A DNA stretch of 64,000 bases from Acidobacteriota bacterium (GCA_965205505.1 CBDBHB010000008.1:192001-256000); one strand, 5' to 3'. Shown: positions 32,359 to 42,742, numbered from the stretch's first letter. Numbers and translations: made by a program. Notes: generated by a model from the letters alone, not told the origin.

Positions 32359-33897
32359 TCAGATGCTGAGCGCCCGCGGGCGCTGTCGGGTCCACAGGTC
32401 GAAGAGCACTCTGGAGACGAAGATCGCGGTAAACATCGATGCCAGGATGCCGATCGAGATCGTTACCGCGAAGCCTTTCACCGGGCCGGTACCGAACTGG
32501 AAGAGGAACACGGCGGCGATCAACGTCGTGATGTTGGCGTCGACGATGGCCGAGAATGCCTTGGCGAAGCCGGAATCGATCGACGCTCGCACCGTCTTGC
32601 CGACATCGAGCTCCTCGCGAATACGCTCGAAGATCAACACGTTGGCGTCGACCGCCATGCCGATGAGCAAGATGATGCCGGCGATGCCTGGCAACGTTAG
32701 CGTCGCCCCGAGGGCGTTCATCACACCCAACACGATCACCATGTTGAGCGTCAGCGCGACCACGGCGTTGATGCCGGCCCCGCGGTAATAAACCAGCATG
32801 AAAGCAACCACGATCGCGAATCCGACGGCGGCCGACAGCACCCCGCGATTAATGGACTCTCTACCGAGCGAGGGGCCCACCGACCGCTCTTCGAGATAGC
32901 GGATCGAAGCGGGAAGCGCACCCGAGCGCAGCACCAGCGCAAGATCCTCGGCTTCGGCAACGGTGAAGCGCCCCGAGATCTGTCCGTCGCCAGCAATGCG
33001 GCTTTCGATGACCGGGGCCGAGTAGATCTCGTCGTCGAGAACGATGGCCAGTTGGCGGCCGATGTTGGCGCCTGTGTACGCGGCGAACTTCCGCGCTCCA
33101 TCAGCGTTGAGCGAGAAGCTGACGGCCGGAAGGCCGAGATCGTCCTGACTCATACGGGCGCTTCTGAGATCGCGGCCGGTAACGACCGGCTCCCCCTGGA
33201 CCACGTAGAAACCCACCGGGAGCCCGTCTTCGGGCTTGGCAGCGAGGAGCTCCGTGTTCGGCGCCATGCTGCCACCACTGGCGGCGATGAGCTCCTGTCG
33301 GGTGAGCGCCGGCCCTGCCACGACCGTCTTCAACTCGAGCAGCGCCGTGTTACGCAGGAGCGCCTTCACTCGCTCTGGGTTCTCCACTCCGGGCAGCTGC
33401 ACCAGAAGACGATCACCGGTCAGACCTTGGCGTTGGATCACCGGCTCGCTGACACCGTAGCCGTCCACACGATTGCGGATCGTCTGCAGAGCCTGGCGAA
33501 CCGCGCCATCGCGTACCGCGGCGTCCGCCGCGCTCAACAGCGTCAAGTCGATCGTTCGATCGTTTCGGTCGACGCTGTAGGTATTGGGGAAATACTCGGC
33601 CACGAGCTGGACGACCCGATCGGCGTCGCCGTCACCGGAGGCAACGATCGTAGCGCCGCCAAGTCCATCGACGGAGGCATCGTCGATCGACACCGCTTCG
33701 TCCGTGAACAGCCGCCGCAGCGAGTCGAGGTTATCGCGCAACTCGGCGGCAATGGCCTCCTCGGTTTCGACGCGGAGCAGCAGATGAATGCCTCCGCGCA
33801 GGTCGAGGCCGAGCTTCACATCCTCGGTGAAGGCAAGGAACGCGAACACCGCCACGATCGCCACGATCACGATGACCTTCACGCGCAATTCCTGCAT
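32359..33897 (-). CDS. secD: Protein translocase subunit SecD
   Basis: LGLDLRGG, GVSEPVIQ, LRSGALP, GMAVDANVLIFERIRE, GTGPVKGFA. Confidence 0.96.
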   Translation of the reverse strand: MQELRVKVIVIVAIVAVFAFLAFTEDVKLGLDLRGGIHLLLRVETEEAIAAELRDNLDSLRRLFTDEAVSIDDASVDGLGGATIVASGDGDADRVVQLVAEYFPNTYSVDRNDRTIDLTLLSAADAAVRDGAVRQALQTIRNRVDGYGVSEPVIQRQGLTGDRLLVQLPGVENPERVKALLRNTALLELKTVVAGPALTRQELIAASGGSMAPNTELLAAKPEDGLPVGFYVVQGEPVVTGRDLRSARMSQDDLGLPAVSFSLNADGARKFAAYTGANIGRQLAIVLDDEIYSAPVIESRIAGDGQISGRFTVAEAEDLALVLRSGALPASIRYLEERSVGPSLGRESINRGVLSAAVGFAIVVAFMLVYYRGAGINAVVALTLNMVIVLGVMNALGATLTLPGIAGIILLIGMAVDANVLIFERIREELDVGKTVRASIDSGFAKAFSAIVDANITTLIAAVFLFQFGTGPVKGFAVTISIGILASMFTAIFVSRVLFDLWTRQRPRALSI

Positions 33898-33917
33898 TCT
33901 CTTCCCCTCCAGGGGAT

Positions 33918-33943
33918 CTAGTGTCCTGCCTAACAGAGCCTAG
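33918..33943. repeat. Collapsed MITE family 1 element (26 bp) at the yajC stop codon
   Basis: CTAGTGTCCTGCCTAACAGAGCCTAG resembles CTAGTGTCCTGTAACAGAG and ends in CTAG. Confidence 0.7.
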
Positions 33944-34224
33944 TCCGAGTTGTCGGCGAGGCCGGCGATACTCTGCTTGGTTACGTCGACCTTCACCTGA
34001 TGGGCGATCTTGAGCCGAAAACGGTCGTCCTGAATGCCCACCACGGTGCCGTACAGGCCGCCGTTCGTCACGACTTTGTCGCCGTTCTTCAAGTTGGCGA
34101 CGAGATCGTCGTGCTGACGCTGTCGCTTACGTACCGGAGCGATCAGCAAAAAGTAGAAGATCAGGACCATCGCAACGATCGGGATCAGCCCGGTGATCGG
34201 GCTCTGGCCCGGCGCGGCGGCCAT
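33940..34224 (-). CDS. yajC: Preprotein translocase subunit YajC (start may be a few codons upstream)
   Basis: IFYFLLIAP.RKRQ, LKNGDKVVTNGGLYG. Confidence 0.92.
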   Translation of the reverse strand: MAAAPGQSPITGLIPIVAMVLIFYFLLIAPVRKRQRQHDDLVANLKNGDKVVTNGGLYGTVVGIQDDRFRLKIAHQVKVDVTKQSIAGLADNSD

Positions 34225-34307
34225 CAGCAGTAGGGAGTGCAGCGAACTCTCTCCAGCGAGAGCCGGAACTACCTCCGGCGCGGCGATGGGATCGGCGTCT
34301 CGAAGCG

Positions 34308-35426
34308 CTAACGATCTTCGCTCGAGCGGCCGCAATACGACGTCGCGGCGCGCATTTCCGCGAACGCGCCGGAGCCGATAGCGTGCCGGATGCGCCTCAT
34401 GGTGTCAAGGTAGTGCCATAGGTTGTGGATCGTCATCAGCACGCCTCCGAGCATTTCCCCACGCAGCTTCAGATGACGCAGATATGCCCGACTGTACCGC
34501 TCGCAGGTGGGACATTCGCAGGTGGCATCGAGCGGCCCGTCGTCGCTCGCGTGGCGCGCGTGGCGTACGGTCACTGTCCCGTTACTGGTGAACGCGACTC
34601 CGTTTCGCGCGTGGCGCGTCGGCATGACGCAATCGAACAGGTCCACACCGTGCGCCACTGCCTCGATCAGGTCATCCGGTGTTCCCATACCCATCACATA
34701 GCGCGGTCGATCAGTTGGCAGCACACCTGTTGCGGCACTCAAGGCGGCCCAGGTCTGCCCCTTCGACTCGCCGACGGCGAGGCCCCCGATCCCGTAGCCG
34801 TCGAACTCGAGCGCCGCGAGCTGGCGCGCATGCGCCTCGCGTAGCTCCGGGTAGACGCTTCCCTGGACGATGCCAAAGAGTCCTCCTGCAAGCTTTCCGG
34901 CGAGCGGCCGGCTGCGCTCCGCCCACATCAGGCTGCGGCGCACCGCGCGGGCCGCGTCTACGTATTCGGCGGGGCTGGCGATGCATTCATCGAGCACCAT
35001 CGCCACGTCTACGCCCAGCATCGCCTGGATCTCGACCACCAGCTCCGGCGTGAGGCGACGGTATTGCCCATCGAGGGGCGAGTGGAATGTCACACCGTCG
35101 TCGTCGATGCTGCGGCGATCGGCCAACGACATCACCTGATATCCGCCGCTGTCAGTAAGAATTGGTGCCGTCCAGCCCATGAATCGATGAATTCCGCCGA
35201 CCTCGCGGATGATCTCGGCGCCCGGCCGCTCCCAAAGGTGATATGCGTTGGCCAGCAGAATCTGCACCCCGAGCCGCTCGAGCTGCTCGGCGGGCATACC
35301 CTTGACGGCGCCGTACGTGCCGACGGGCATGAAAGCCGGCGTCTGGATGCAGCCATGCGGGGTCTGCAGTTGCCCCGTACGTGCTCCGGAGCCGGCGTCC
35401 TTGCGCTCGACACCGAAGGCGATCAC
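34308..35426 (-). CDS. tgt: tRNA-guanine transglycosylase
   Basis: TPAFMPVGT, LTDSGGYQ, GIVQG, GGLAVGE, DLFDCVMPTR, CxCxxC...H zinc site. Confidence 0.96.
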   Translation of the reverse strand: MIAFGVERKDAGSGARTGQLQTPHGCIQTPAFMPVGTYGAVKGMPAEQLERLGVQILLANAYHLWERPGAEIIREVGGIHRFMGWTAPILTDSGGYQVMSLADRRSIDDDGVTFHSPLDGQYRRLTPELVVEIQAMLGVDVAMVLDECIASPAEYVDAARAVRRSLMWAERSRPLAGKLAGGLFGIVQGSVYPELREAHARQLAALEFDGYGIGGLAVGESKGQTWAALSAATGVLPTDRPRYVMGMGTPDDLIEAVAHGVDLFDCVMPTRHARNGVAFTSNGTVTVRHARHASDDGPLDATCECPTCERYSRAYLRHLKLRGEMLGGVLMTIHNLWHYLDTMRRIRHAIGSGAFAEMRAATSYCGRSSEDR

Positions 35427-36448
35427 CCGGGTGCTCCAGCTGCAAACGGGTCCCAGCCGGCAGGCGTCAAAGGTTCGTCGGCATCCCCGATGCGGATGGT
35501 CAATCCATTGGCGGCTGTGACGAACACACCGATGCGCCGGGCGTTCAGCTCGAAGCGATCCGCGGCGGCAGCAAGGTCGTCCTGGCGGTCGTTGTCGCAC
35601 GAGCAGATGAGCGCGTAGTCGTCGCCCCCGCCAACCGCAAGCTCTAGCGCCGAGCTGCTGAGCTGGTTAGCCAAAGCCGCGAGGTCTGGATCCACCAACG
35701 CGTCGCCCTCCAGCGCCACGCCGACACGCGACGCGGCGCACAACCGACTCAAGTCGAGGCCAAGCCCGTCGCTGACGTCCATCATCGCGCCGACCAGCCG
35801 ACGCTCGGCGACGTGGCTGGCGAAGGATAGCGGCGGCGTCGGCATGCGATATGCCTCGATACTTCGTTGCGCCAGCGGGTCTGTCGTTTCGGTGGCGCCG
35901 GCGCCCAGCAGCAGCCGGCCGGCGGCAGCCAACCCGAGGTCGCCGATCACCCAACAGGCATCTCCGGCGACCGCCCGATCGCGTAGCGTTGGCGGTACGC
36001 CTTCGGCGAGGGTCCCTCCGGCGCAAAGGCATAGCCCCACACCGCGCGCCGAGACCGTCACATCGCCGCCGATCGTAGGACATCCAAGCTCGCGTCCGCC
36101 GTCGCGCAGGCCACGGACGAGCTCATCCAGCCAGTCGACCCCGAGCTCGCCCGGCAGCTCCAGCGCGCACAGGGCCCATGTGGGGCTGGCTCCCATTGCC
36201 CCCAGGTCGCTGACGCAAACGGCGAGCGCGCGCCGACCCAGCGCCCACGGTGACAGCCACGAGCGTCGGAAGTGAACGCCTTCGGTCTGACGGTCGGTTG
36301 TCAACACCAGGCGTCGCGACGACATGTCGATTACCGCAGCATCGTCACCCGGTCCGACCTCGAGACCCGGCACACCTGTCTCTAAGCCAGACCGGATGCG
36401 CTCCACAAGCTCCAGTTCACCGATCTCGTCCACATTCGTCGGCCTCAC
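35423..36448 (-). CDS. thiL: Thiamine-monophosphate kinase
   Basis: GELELV, GDDAA, TTD..EGVHF, SDLGAMG, IGGD, MDVSDGL, GGDDY. Confidence 0.92.
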   Translation of the reverse strand: MRPTNVDEIGELELVERIRSGLETGVPGLEVGPGDDAAVIDMSSRRLVLTTDRQTEGVHFRRSWLSPWALGRRALAVCVSDLGAMGASPTWALCALELPGELGVDWLDELVRGLRDGGRELGCPTIGGDVTVSARGVGLCLCAGGTLAEGVPPTLRDRAVAGDACWVIGDLGLAAAGRLLLGAGATETTDPLAQRSIEAYRMPTPPLSFASHVAERRLVGAMMDVSDGLGLDLSRLCAASRVGVALEGDALVDPDLAALANQLSSSALELAVGGGDDYALICSCDNDRQDDLAAAADRFELNARRIGVFVTAANGLTIRIGDADEPLTPAGWDPFAAGAPG

Positions 36449-37650
36449 CTCGCGCCCCCCTCTCGACTGACGCTCGGTCGAGCCTGCGTGCGTGCCCAGG
36501 CACGGGCGTTCTGGGCCGTTCGCCATCGGCGCATGATCTGCCCTAGCGCCAGCTCGCGTAGAAGGCGGCCTAACTGCGGACCAGGGCTCATGCCCCACGA
36601 GATCAGATCGTCGCCAGTGACCCAGCGCGACTCCGCGGCGCGCTGGGCGGCACGATACAGCTCGGCCCCCTGGTTGGTGGGGCGCAGGCGTGAAGCCAGC
36701 GCGCTGGCGTCAACCGCCGCGCCGGGGTCACGCAACGACCATGCGGCCAACCGTTCGGACGAAGCATCGTCGCAGGCGCGGGTCCAACAGGCGACGCGCT
36801 CGGCGCTGCGCACCTGTGCCGGTGGCCAGCGCCCATCGAGCAGGCGTGCCACCACCACGTCGATACCGACCTCGGCAGCCAAGTCGAGAATCAGCGCTCC
36901 CAACCGGCCGCGCAGCTGCGGAGGATCGAGACGCAGTTCCGCTTCGGTCGCCGCCCAGGCGTCGACGGCGGCATAGCCACTCAGCTCACCCAGCGTCGGT
37001 CCACACACGCCCAACTCGCTGCCCAGGCGCAAGGCGCCGCACCAGTTCGCGGAGCCGAGGTTCAGACTCCACTCGGCCTGCGTGCGCTCACGCGCGACGC
37101 CGGCGAGCTGCGCCGCGGCAGACGAGACGGCGTCGGCAGTCGAATTCTCCAGACGAAAGCCTGGGAGATCGGTAGCATACCGAACGGCGCGCAGGGCGCG
37201 GAGCGGGTCCGCGGCGACCACGCCCGGAGATGTTTCCCGCAGGCGTCCGGAGAGGATGTCGGGCAGGCCGCCGTGCGGGTCGACGAGCGCCGATTCCGGA
37301 TCTTCCACTCGACTCATCGGCACCGCCAGAGCGTTGACACTGAAATCACGCCGGGCAAGGTCCTGCTCGAGACTACCGTGGCTACGCGCGACGTCGACCT
37401 GGATGCCCTTCCAGCGGAACCGGTGTGTTTGCTGAAACGCGTCGCCGATATCTGCCGGGCGCGCGCCGCGTGCCGCCTCGATGGCATCGAGATAGCGTTC
37501 GAAACCCTTCTCCACCACCAGATCCAGGTCTGTCGGTGCTCGCCCGAGCAACACGTCTCGGATGGCCCCTCCAACCAGCGCCACCGTGATTCCGTCGGCC
37601 GCGAGGGCCGCGAGGGGCGCCAGAGGAACCTCGGCAAGCAGGCGCGCCAA
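36445..37650 (-). CDS. Class II tRNA nucleotidyltransferase/poly(A) polymerase family (probably CC-adding type); start uncertain
   Basis: LVGGAIRD, DLD, DLARRDFSVNALA, DPLRALRAVR, C-terminal PGPQLG. Confidence 0.85.
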   Translation of the reverse strand: MARLLAEVPLAPLAALAADGITVALVGGAIRDVLLGRAPTDLDLVVEKGFERYLDAIEAARGARPADIGDAFQQTHRFRWKGIQVDVARSHGSLEQDLARRDFSVNALAVPMSRVEDPESALVDPHGGLPDILSGRLRETSPGVVAADPLRALRAVRYATDLPGFRLENSTADAVSSAAAQLAGVARERTQAEWSLNLGSANWCGALRLGSELGVCGPTLGELSGYAAVDAWAATEAELRLDPPQLRGRLGALILDLAAEVGIDVVVARLLDGRWPPAQVRSAERVACWTRACDDASSERLAAWSLRDPGAAVDASALASRLRPTNQGAELYRAAQRAAESRWVTGDDLISWGMSPGPQLGRLLRELALGQIMRRWRTAQNARAWARTQARPSVSREGGAR

Positions 37651-37675
37651 CCCCTGCCAATCTGCGCGACGCGCC

Positions 37676-38134
37676 TCAGGTTTGCTGGTCGAGGAGGGTC
37701 TTGAGTTCCTCCATGAACGCATTGACATCCCTGAAGTGACGGTACACCGAGGCGAACCGAACGTAGGCGATCTCATCGAGGTTCCTGAGGCGATCCATCA
37801 CCATCTCCCCGATCTCCTGGCTGTCGATTTCGCGCCCGCTGCCCTCCTGCGCCCGAGTCTCGACCTGATCGCAGATGGCTTCCAACTCCTGGGCGGGAAC
37901 CGGACGCTTCTCGCAGGCGCGCATGATTCCAGACAGCAGCTTGCCTCGATCGAAGCGCTCGCGGCTACCGTCCTTTTTCACCACAACGATGGGCACCACC
38001 TCGATCTGCTCGTAGGTGGTCATCCGACGGCCGCATTCCAGGCACTCCCGCCTCCGCCGAATCACATTGCCTTCGCGCACCTCGCGCGAGTCGACCACCT
38101 TGTCGTTGTTGTGACCGCAGTAGGGGCACTTCAT
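37676..38134 (-). CDS. nrdR: Transcriptional repressor NrdR
   Basis: MKCPYC...VVDSR...IRRRREC..C, ATP cone, AYVRFASVY. Confidence 0.97.
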   Translation of the reverse strand: MKCPYCGHNNDKVVDSREVREGNVIRRRRECLECGRRMTTYEQIEVVPIVVVKKDGSRERFDRGKLLSGIMRACEKRPVPAQELEAICDQVETRAQEGSGREIDSQEIGEMVMDRLRNLDEIAYVRFASVYRHFRDVNAFMEELKTLLDQQT

Positions 38135-38212
38135 GGCACGCAGGCCTATTATCGTGGGCAACGCGGTCCCCGCACCGCGTCAAAGACATGGAACGGATTA
38201 TAACGCCCGGTC

Positions 38213-38399
38213 CTAGTGTCCTGAGTCAGGAATCCGTTGCATATTGCTGGCCCAGCCTTCCGGGTGGCGGCGGGACCGGCCGCCTCCGGCGTCGGCGCTC
38301 CTCGACGATGCTCATTGCATCGCTGTCGTCGCGCCTCCTGGGATCCGGCTCGGTCGCGCTCGCCACAATATGCAACGGATTCCTGACTCAGGACACTAG
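38213..38399. mobile_element. MITE family 1, copy B (187 bp, perfect 34-bp TIRs, single internal module)
   Basis: CTAGTGTCCTGAGTCAGGAATCCGTTGCATATTG ... CAATATGCAACGGATTCCTGACTCAGGACACTAG; interior is the reverse complement of the first half of copy A. Confidence 0.92.
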
Positions 38400-39416
38400 T
38401 TCAGCGGCTCGCCCGGCGACTCACCCAGACGACGTAGCGCCGCGAACGTGAGTCCCTCACGCGCCAGCAACAGCGCTCCGAGAGCTCCCAGCGGCAGGAA
38501 GCCGATGGTGTGGCTAACGATCGCAAACGCCACGGCAACATCATTGTCGACCCCGAACAACGTCACGAGCCCGATCTGCGCCGCCTTATGGAAGGCACCG
38601 ACAGCCGCCGGTGTCGGCACCACCACACCGACGACCAACAGGGCGACGAGCGGAATCGAAGCGTAGGCGGGCAGGTCGATGCGAAAGGCCCAGAACATCA
38701 CCACGTACATCGAATGTATGACGCCCCACAGCAGCATCGAGCTGGCGATGATGCGCGCCACCAACCAGGGACTCCGCAGCCCTGACATGCCCTCCAGGAA
38801 CGAAGCCGCGATCGACGACACCCGCGCTGGCAGCCAGGACTCCGCCAGGGCTTCGTAGCGCGCGTGCAACGCCGCGTTGCGGCTCGCGGCGACGACGACA
38901 ACTCCCCCCGTCGCGATCCCGACCGCGCCCAGCATACCCGCCAGGCGAATCGCGTCGAACACCGCGGCAGCATCGCCTTCGAGGCGCGGCGGCGGCGGAA
39001 AGACGGCCAGATAGATGCCCAGATAGAGCACCACGGCTACCACGTCGAATACGCGCTCCAGCACCACCGAGCCTATGGCTGCACTGGCGCGAATCGGTGT
39101 ACGCCGCGCCAACAGAACCGGGCGCACGATCTCGCCCAGGCGACCGGGGAGGACCACCGACACCGTCCACCCCATGAGAGTGCACTCGACCAGGGGCCGC
39201 AAGCCGACAGTACCGAGAGGTGACAGCAGCTGCCGCCAGCGCCACGCGCGCGGTAACGTGGTCAGCAAGATGGCGCCCAGCGCCGCCAGAATCCACAACG
39301 GATCGGCATCGCGTAGGGGCCTTCCAGACTTCTCGGAGGTCAGCCTGTCGAAGAAACAGCCAGACGAGACCGGCAGCCAACAGCAATCCGACGACGAGCT
39401 GGGTCCGACGGGACAT
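38396..39416 (-). CDS. Lysylphosphatidylglycerol synthase TM/flippase-like (UPF0104) membrane protein; +1 frameshift at ~39316-39319
   Basis: MSRRTQLVVGLLLAAGLVWLFL...WKA joins LRDADPLW...RAWRW...LPGRLGEIVR...ERVFD...PTPAAVG.FH in a second frame; length is 3n+1. Confidence 0.82.
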
Positions 39417-39555
39417 GGAATTCCTGACCTCGCAGGTGCAACTGATCTCCCGGCGCGCAACGGTAGACGCTACCTGGACCGTTGGCAAACGCGACCTGGT
39501 AAACTCCCGCAGCCCAGCCATCCACGAGGATCCGTGCGAGAGACCGGCGCCCACG

Positions 39556-40299
39556 ATGTCTAGCCAAGCCGACGTCGCCGCGGCCATCGTGTCCGCCGGC
39601 CGGCGACTCTACGAGCGTCGAATCCTGGCGTCCTACGAAGGCAACCTGAGCGCCAGGATCGGATCCGATCGTGTGCTCACGACCGCCTCCGGTGTGCACA
39701 AAGGACGCCTGCGCGAGGCCGATCTGGTGCTCGTCGACCTGACCGGCAAGCCGTTGAGCGACGGCGCGCCGTCCTCAGAGCTGAAACTGCACTTGGCAAT
39801 CTACGAGGAGCGCCCTGAGCTACGCGCAGTGGTCCATGCGCATCCGCCGATCGCTACAGGCTACGCCGTCGCCGGCAAACAGCCTCCTGCCGCACTCGCT
39901 GAGGTCGTGGCGTTCTTGGGCTGCGTGCCGGTGGCGCCCTACGGCACCCCGTCGACGGCGGCGCTGGCGGATTCCGTGCGCGCTCCACTGCGCGACTTCG
40001 ACGTCGTGTTGCTCGCCAACCATGGTGCGGTAACGGTCGGAACCTCCCTCGAGAAGGCCGAGGAGCGCATGGTACAGTTGGAACACTTCGCTCAAATCGC
40101 GTTGGTGGCCCACTTGCTTGGCGGGCCCCAACATTTCAGTCATGAGCAGATCGAGGAGCTCTCCCAGCTGCGCGAAGCGGCTGGCGGTTCGCCCGTTCCA
40201 GCGATCTGCTACCCCTCAACCGATGAATCGGGCACCATTACGCTGAGTCACGATGAACTGGTCGGTCTGATCGCCGATGCATTACGCACGATCCGCTGA
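39556..40299 (+). CDS. Class II aldolase (fuculose-phosphate aldolase-like) with a C-terminal encapsulation peptide
   Basis: EGNLSAR, SSELKLH, VVHAHPP, LLANHGA; amphipathic tail [18 protein letters not shown]. Confidence 0.9.
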   Translation: MSSQADVAAAIVSAGRRLYERRILASYEGNLSARIGSDRVLTTASGVHKGRLREADLVLVDLTGKPLSDGAPSSELKLHLAIYEERPELRAVVHAHPPIATGYAVAGKQPPAALAEVVAFLGCVPVAPYGTPSTAALADSVRAPLRDFDVVLLANHGAVTVGTSLEKAEERMVQLEHFAQIALVAHLLGGPQHFSHEQIEELSQLREAAGGSPVPAICYPSTDESGTITLSHDELVGLIADALRTIR

Positions 40300-40343
40300 A
40301 GTCTGCCGTCTCGGCAAACGGCTCGCACGAGGAGAAGCAGTCC

Positions 40344-40634
40344 ATGGGAGATTACGGAGAAGCCCTCGGAATGATCGAGACGCGGGGCTTCGTCGGAATG
40401 GTCGAGGCATCCGATGCCATGGTGAAGGCTGCCAAGGTAACGATGATCGGCTACGAGAAAGTTGGCGGCGGTCTGGTGACGGCCATCGTTCGAGGTGACG
40501 TGGCGGCGGTAAAGTCGGCGACCGACGCGGGCGCTGCGGCGGCGCGGCGCGTCGGCGAGCTGATCTCCGTCCATGTCATCCCGCGACCACACGATGGCCT
40601 CGAGGACTGCCTACCGATCGGCAAGAGCGACTAG
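40344..40634 (+). CDS. Bacterial microcompartment hexamer shell protein (BMC-H, EutM/PduA-like)
   Basis: ALGMIETRG...ASDAMVKAA...VRGDVAAVK...HVIPRPH. Confidence 0.96.
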   Translation: MGDYGEALGMIETRGFVGMVEASDAMVKAAKVTMIGYEKVGGGLVTAIVRGDVAAVKSATDAGAAAARRVGELISVHVIPRPHDGLEDCLPIGKSD

Positions 40635-40908
40635 TGGCCTGTAACAGATGATCGTTGCGTATCGTGGTGGCGAAATGGGTCCGGATGCCAGGCGCGACGA
40701 GGAGACGATGTTTGCCCATCTTGGAGGAGGAGCAACGCCGCAGACGGGCCGATTTCGCCGCCATCCTGCGGACAGATGGGCAGTTGCGGGCGATATCGGC
40801 GTTGCGCCTCGTCGACGATGCCCACTGCATCGCCTTCCTCGCCGCGCCTTGATCTCACCCGCAAATCCCATCTGCGATATGCAACGATCATCTGTTACAG
40901 GCCACTAG
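40631..40908. mobile_element. MITE family 1, copy C (278 bp)
   Basis: CTAGTGGCCTGTAACAGATGATCGTTGCGTATCG ... CGATATGCAACGATCATCTGTTACAGGCCACTAG; the left CTAG contains the BMC-H stop. Confidence 0.92.
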
Positions 40909-40925
40909 GAGCCGGAGAGGGGGCC

Positions 40926-41201
40926 GTGTTTATCGCTCGCGTGGTGGGCACAGTAGTCGCGACTCGCAAGGATCCGAAGCTGGTCGGAAGCCGGCTGTTG
41001 ATCGTCGTCCCGGTCGATGTGAACGGCGACGACGAGGACGGCTACCACGTGGCGCTGGATACGGTCGACGCGGGGTACCGAGAGACAGTCCTGTGCGTTC
41101 GCGGGTCGTCCGCTCGTATGGCCGAGGGGCTCGCTGACCGACCAGTCGACACCGCCATCGTCGGTATCGTCGACGAAACGCACGTCGACGAAGGGTCATA
41201 G
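40926..41201 (+). CDS. BMC pentamer (EutN/CcmL) 1
   Basis: ARVVGTVVATRKDPKL...ALDTVDAG..E.V....GSSAR...DTAIVGIVD. Confidence 0.93.
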   Translation: MFIARVVGTVVATRKDPKLVGSRLLIVVPVDVNGDDEDGYHVALDTVDAGYRETVLCVRGSSARMAEGLADRPVDTAIVGIVDETHVDEGS

Positions 41202-41232
41202 ACACGACGGGCAACAAGACACGAGGCTCTCG

Positions 41233-41502
41233 ATGGACATAGCGCGCGTAATCGGCACGGTCGTCTGCACCGTGAAGGACAACACCCTAAAGGGTAGGAC
41301 TCTGCTACTGGTGCAACCGCTAACACCAGGCGGTACGAAGCAAGGTCGACCTCTCGTAGCGGTTGACTCGGTAGGCTCCGGCGTTGGCGAGACGGTGTTC
41401 TACGTCACCGGTCGTGAGGCCTCGTTCGCCTTTCTACCGGCCTCCGTCGTCGCCGATGTGTCGATCGTCGGCATCGTCGATAGCGTGTCGCACGCTTCAT
41501 GA
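41233..41502 (+). CDS. BMC pentamer (EutN/CcmL) 2
   Basis: ARVIGTVVCTVK...VAVDSVGSGVGE...GREAS...IVGIVD. Confidence 0.92.
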   Translation: MDIARVIGTVVCTVKDNTLKGRTLLLVQPLTPGGTKQGRPLVAVDSVGSGVGETVFYVTGREASFAFLPASVVADVSIVGIVDSVSHAS

Positions 41503-41771
41503 TCGTAGGACGGGTGGTGGGAAACGTCGTATCGACGCAGAAGCACCCCAAGTATTGCGCCAGCAAACTGTTACTCGTCCAGCCGCTCGGCCGAGGCGGA
41601 GACGATTCCGGCGTCCAGTTCATGGCAGTGGACAGTGTCGGTGCAGGAGCAGGCGAAACGGTCTTGGTGGTTGTCGAGGGCCGTTCTGCGAGCCAGGCCA
41701 TGGGAATCGACTTAGCTCCGGCCAACGCTGCGATCGTCGGCATCATCGATCAAATCGACTGGGGTTCTTAG
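41499..41771 (+). CDS. BMC pentamer (EutN/CcmL) 3
   Basis: GRVVGNVVSTQKH...AVDSVGAGAGE...EGRSA...AIVGIID. Confidence 0.92.
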   Translation: MIVGRVVGNVVSTQKHPKYCASKLLLVQPLGRGGDDSGVQFMAVDSVGAGAGETVLVVVEGRSASQAMGIDLAPANAAIVGIIDQIDWGS

Positions 41772-41815
41772 CCCCGATCATCGACCGCCGGAGCGGGCGG
41801 CAAGGAGTATCGTTC

Positions 41816-42736
41816 GTGAGCGCCAAGCTCCTTCTAGGCAAACCGGTACAAGAGGCGATCCTCGCCGAAGTCAGCGCCGCGACGGCGGACTACGTGGCGG
41901 CGGGACAAGCGCCGCCGCACCTTACCGCGGTCCTGGTGGGTGACGACCCCGCATCTGCCATCTACGTGCGCTCAAAGACAAGTAAGTGTCACGAGGTCGG
42001 CTTCGGCTCAGACGCGCGGATCCTGCCGGCGAGCACGAGCACCGAGAAGCTCCTGACCGTCGTGCACGAGCTCAATGCCGACGACGGCGTCGACGGCATC
42101 CTGGTACAACTTCCGCTCCCGGCACAATGCGATACTAAGGCGGTACTCGACGCGGTGGACCCCCGAAAGGACGTGGACGGATTCAATGCCGAGAACGCCG
42201 GCCGCCTGATTCAAGGACGTCCACGGTTCGCCCCCGCCACCCCCGCCGGTATCATCGAGCTACTGGCGCGCAGCGACGTCTCAGTGTCCGGCAAACATGC
42301 CGTCGTCATCGGGCGCAGCAACATCGTCGGCAAGCCGATGGCAATGCTGCTTCTGCAGCGTCACGCCACCGTAACCATCTGTCATTCGCGCACGCCCGAC
42401 CTCGCGGGGGTAGCGCGTGGCGCCGATATACTGGTCGCGGCGGCGGGTAGGCCGGGCTTGGTGACACAGGATTTCGTCAAGCCTGGAGCCACGGTGATCG
42501 ACGTGGGTATCAACCGTGTAACCGACCGCGACGAAGCCGAAGCAATCCTCGGTGATGCCGCCGATTGGTCGAAGTACGACGAGCGCGGCTATCTGGTCGT
42601 CGGGGACGTTCGCCCTGATGTGGCACAGATCGCCGGAGCTCTGACGCCGGTCCCGGGCGGCGTCGGTCCGCTGACCATTGCGATGCTGCTCGTCAATACC
42701 CTCAACGCAGCTCGCTGGCGGCGCAGGACTGAGTAG
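41816..42736 (+). CDS. folD: Methylenetetrahydrofolate dehydrogenase/cyclohydrolase
   Basis: LVGDDPASAIYV..K, GILVQLPLP, KDVDG, GRSNIVGKP, TPVPGGVGPLT. Confidence 0.96.
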   Translation: MSAKLLLGKPVQEAILAEVSAATADYVAAGQAPPHLTAVLVGDDPASAIYVRSKTSKCHEVGFGSDARILPASTSTEKLLTVVHELNADDGVDGILVQLPLPAQCDTKAVLDAVDPRKDVDGFNAENAGRLIQGRPRFAPATPAGIIELLARSDVSVSGKHAVVIGRSNIVGKPMAMLLLQRHATVTICHSRTPDLAGVARGADILVAAAGRPGLVTQDFVKPGATVIDVGINRVTDRDEAEAILGDAADWSKYDERGYLVVGDVRPDVAQIAGALTPVPGGVGPLTIAMLLVNTLNAARWRRRTE

Positions 42737-42742
42737 CCGCGC

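Noticed and set aside
38363-38378. NrdR box in the MITE B end (CCACAATATG...) near nrdR
   Set aside because: Only the first half matches the palindromic consensus, and the same sequence occurs in MITE copies unrelated to nrd genes
40611-40908. Repeated small ORFs (MIVAYRGGEMGPDARR..., QRSSVTGH), also at 45215-45520 and 7661-7987
   Set aside because: They are translations of MITE copies in several frames, with no evidence of being real proteins
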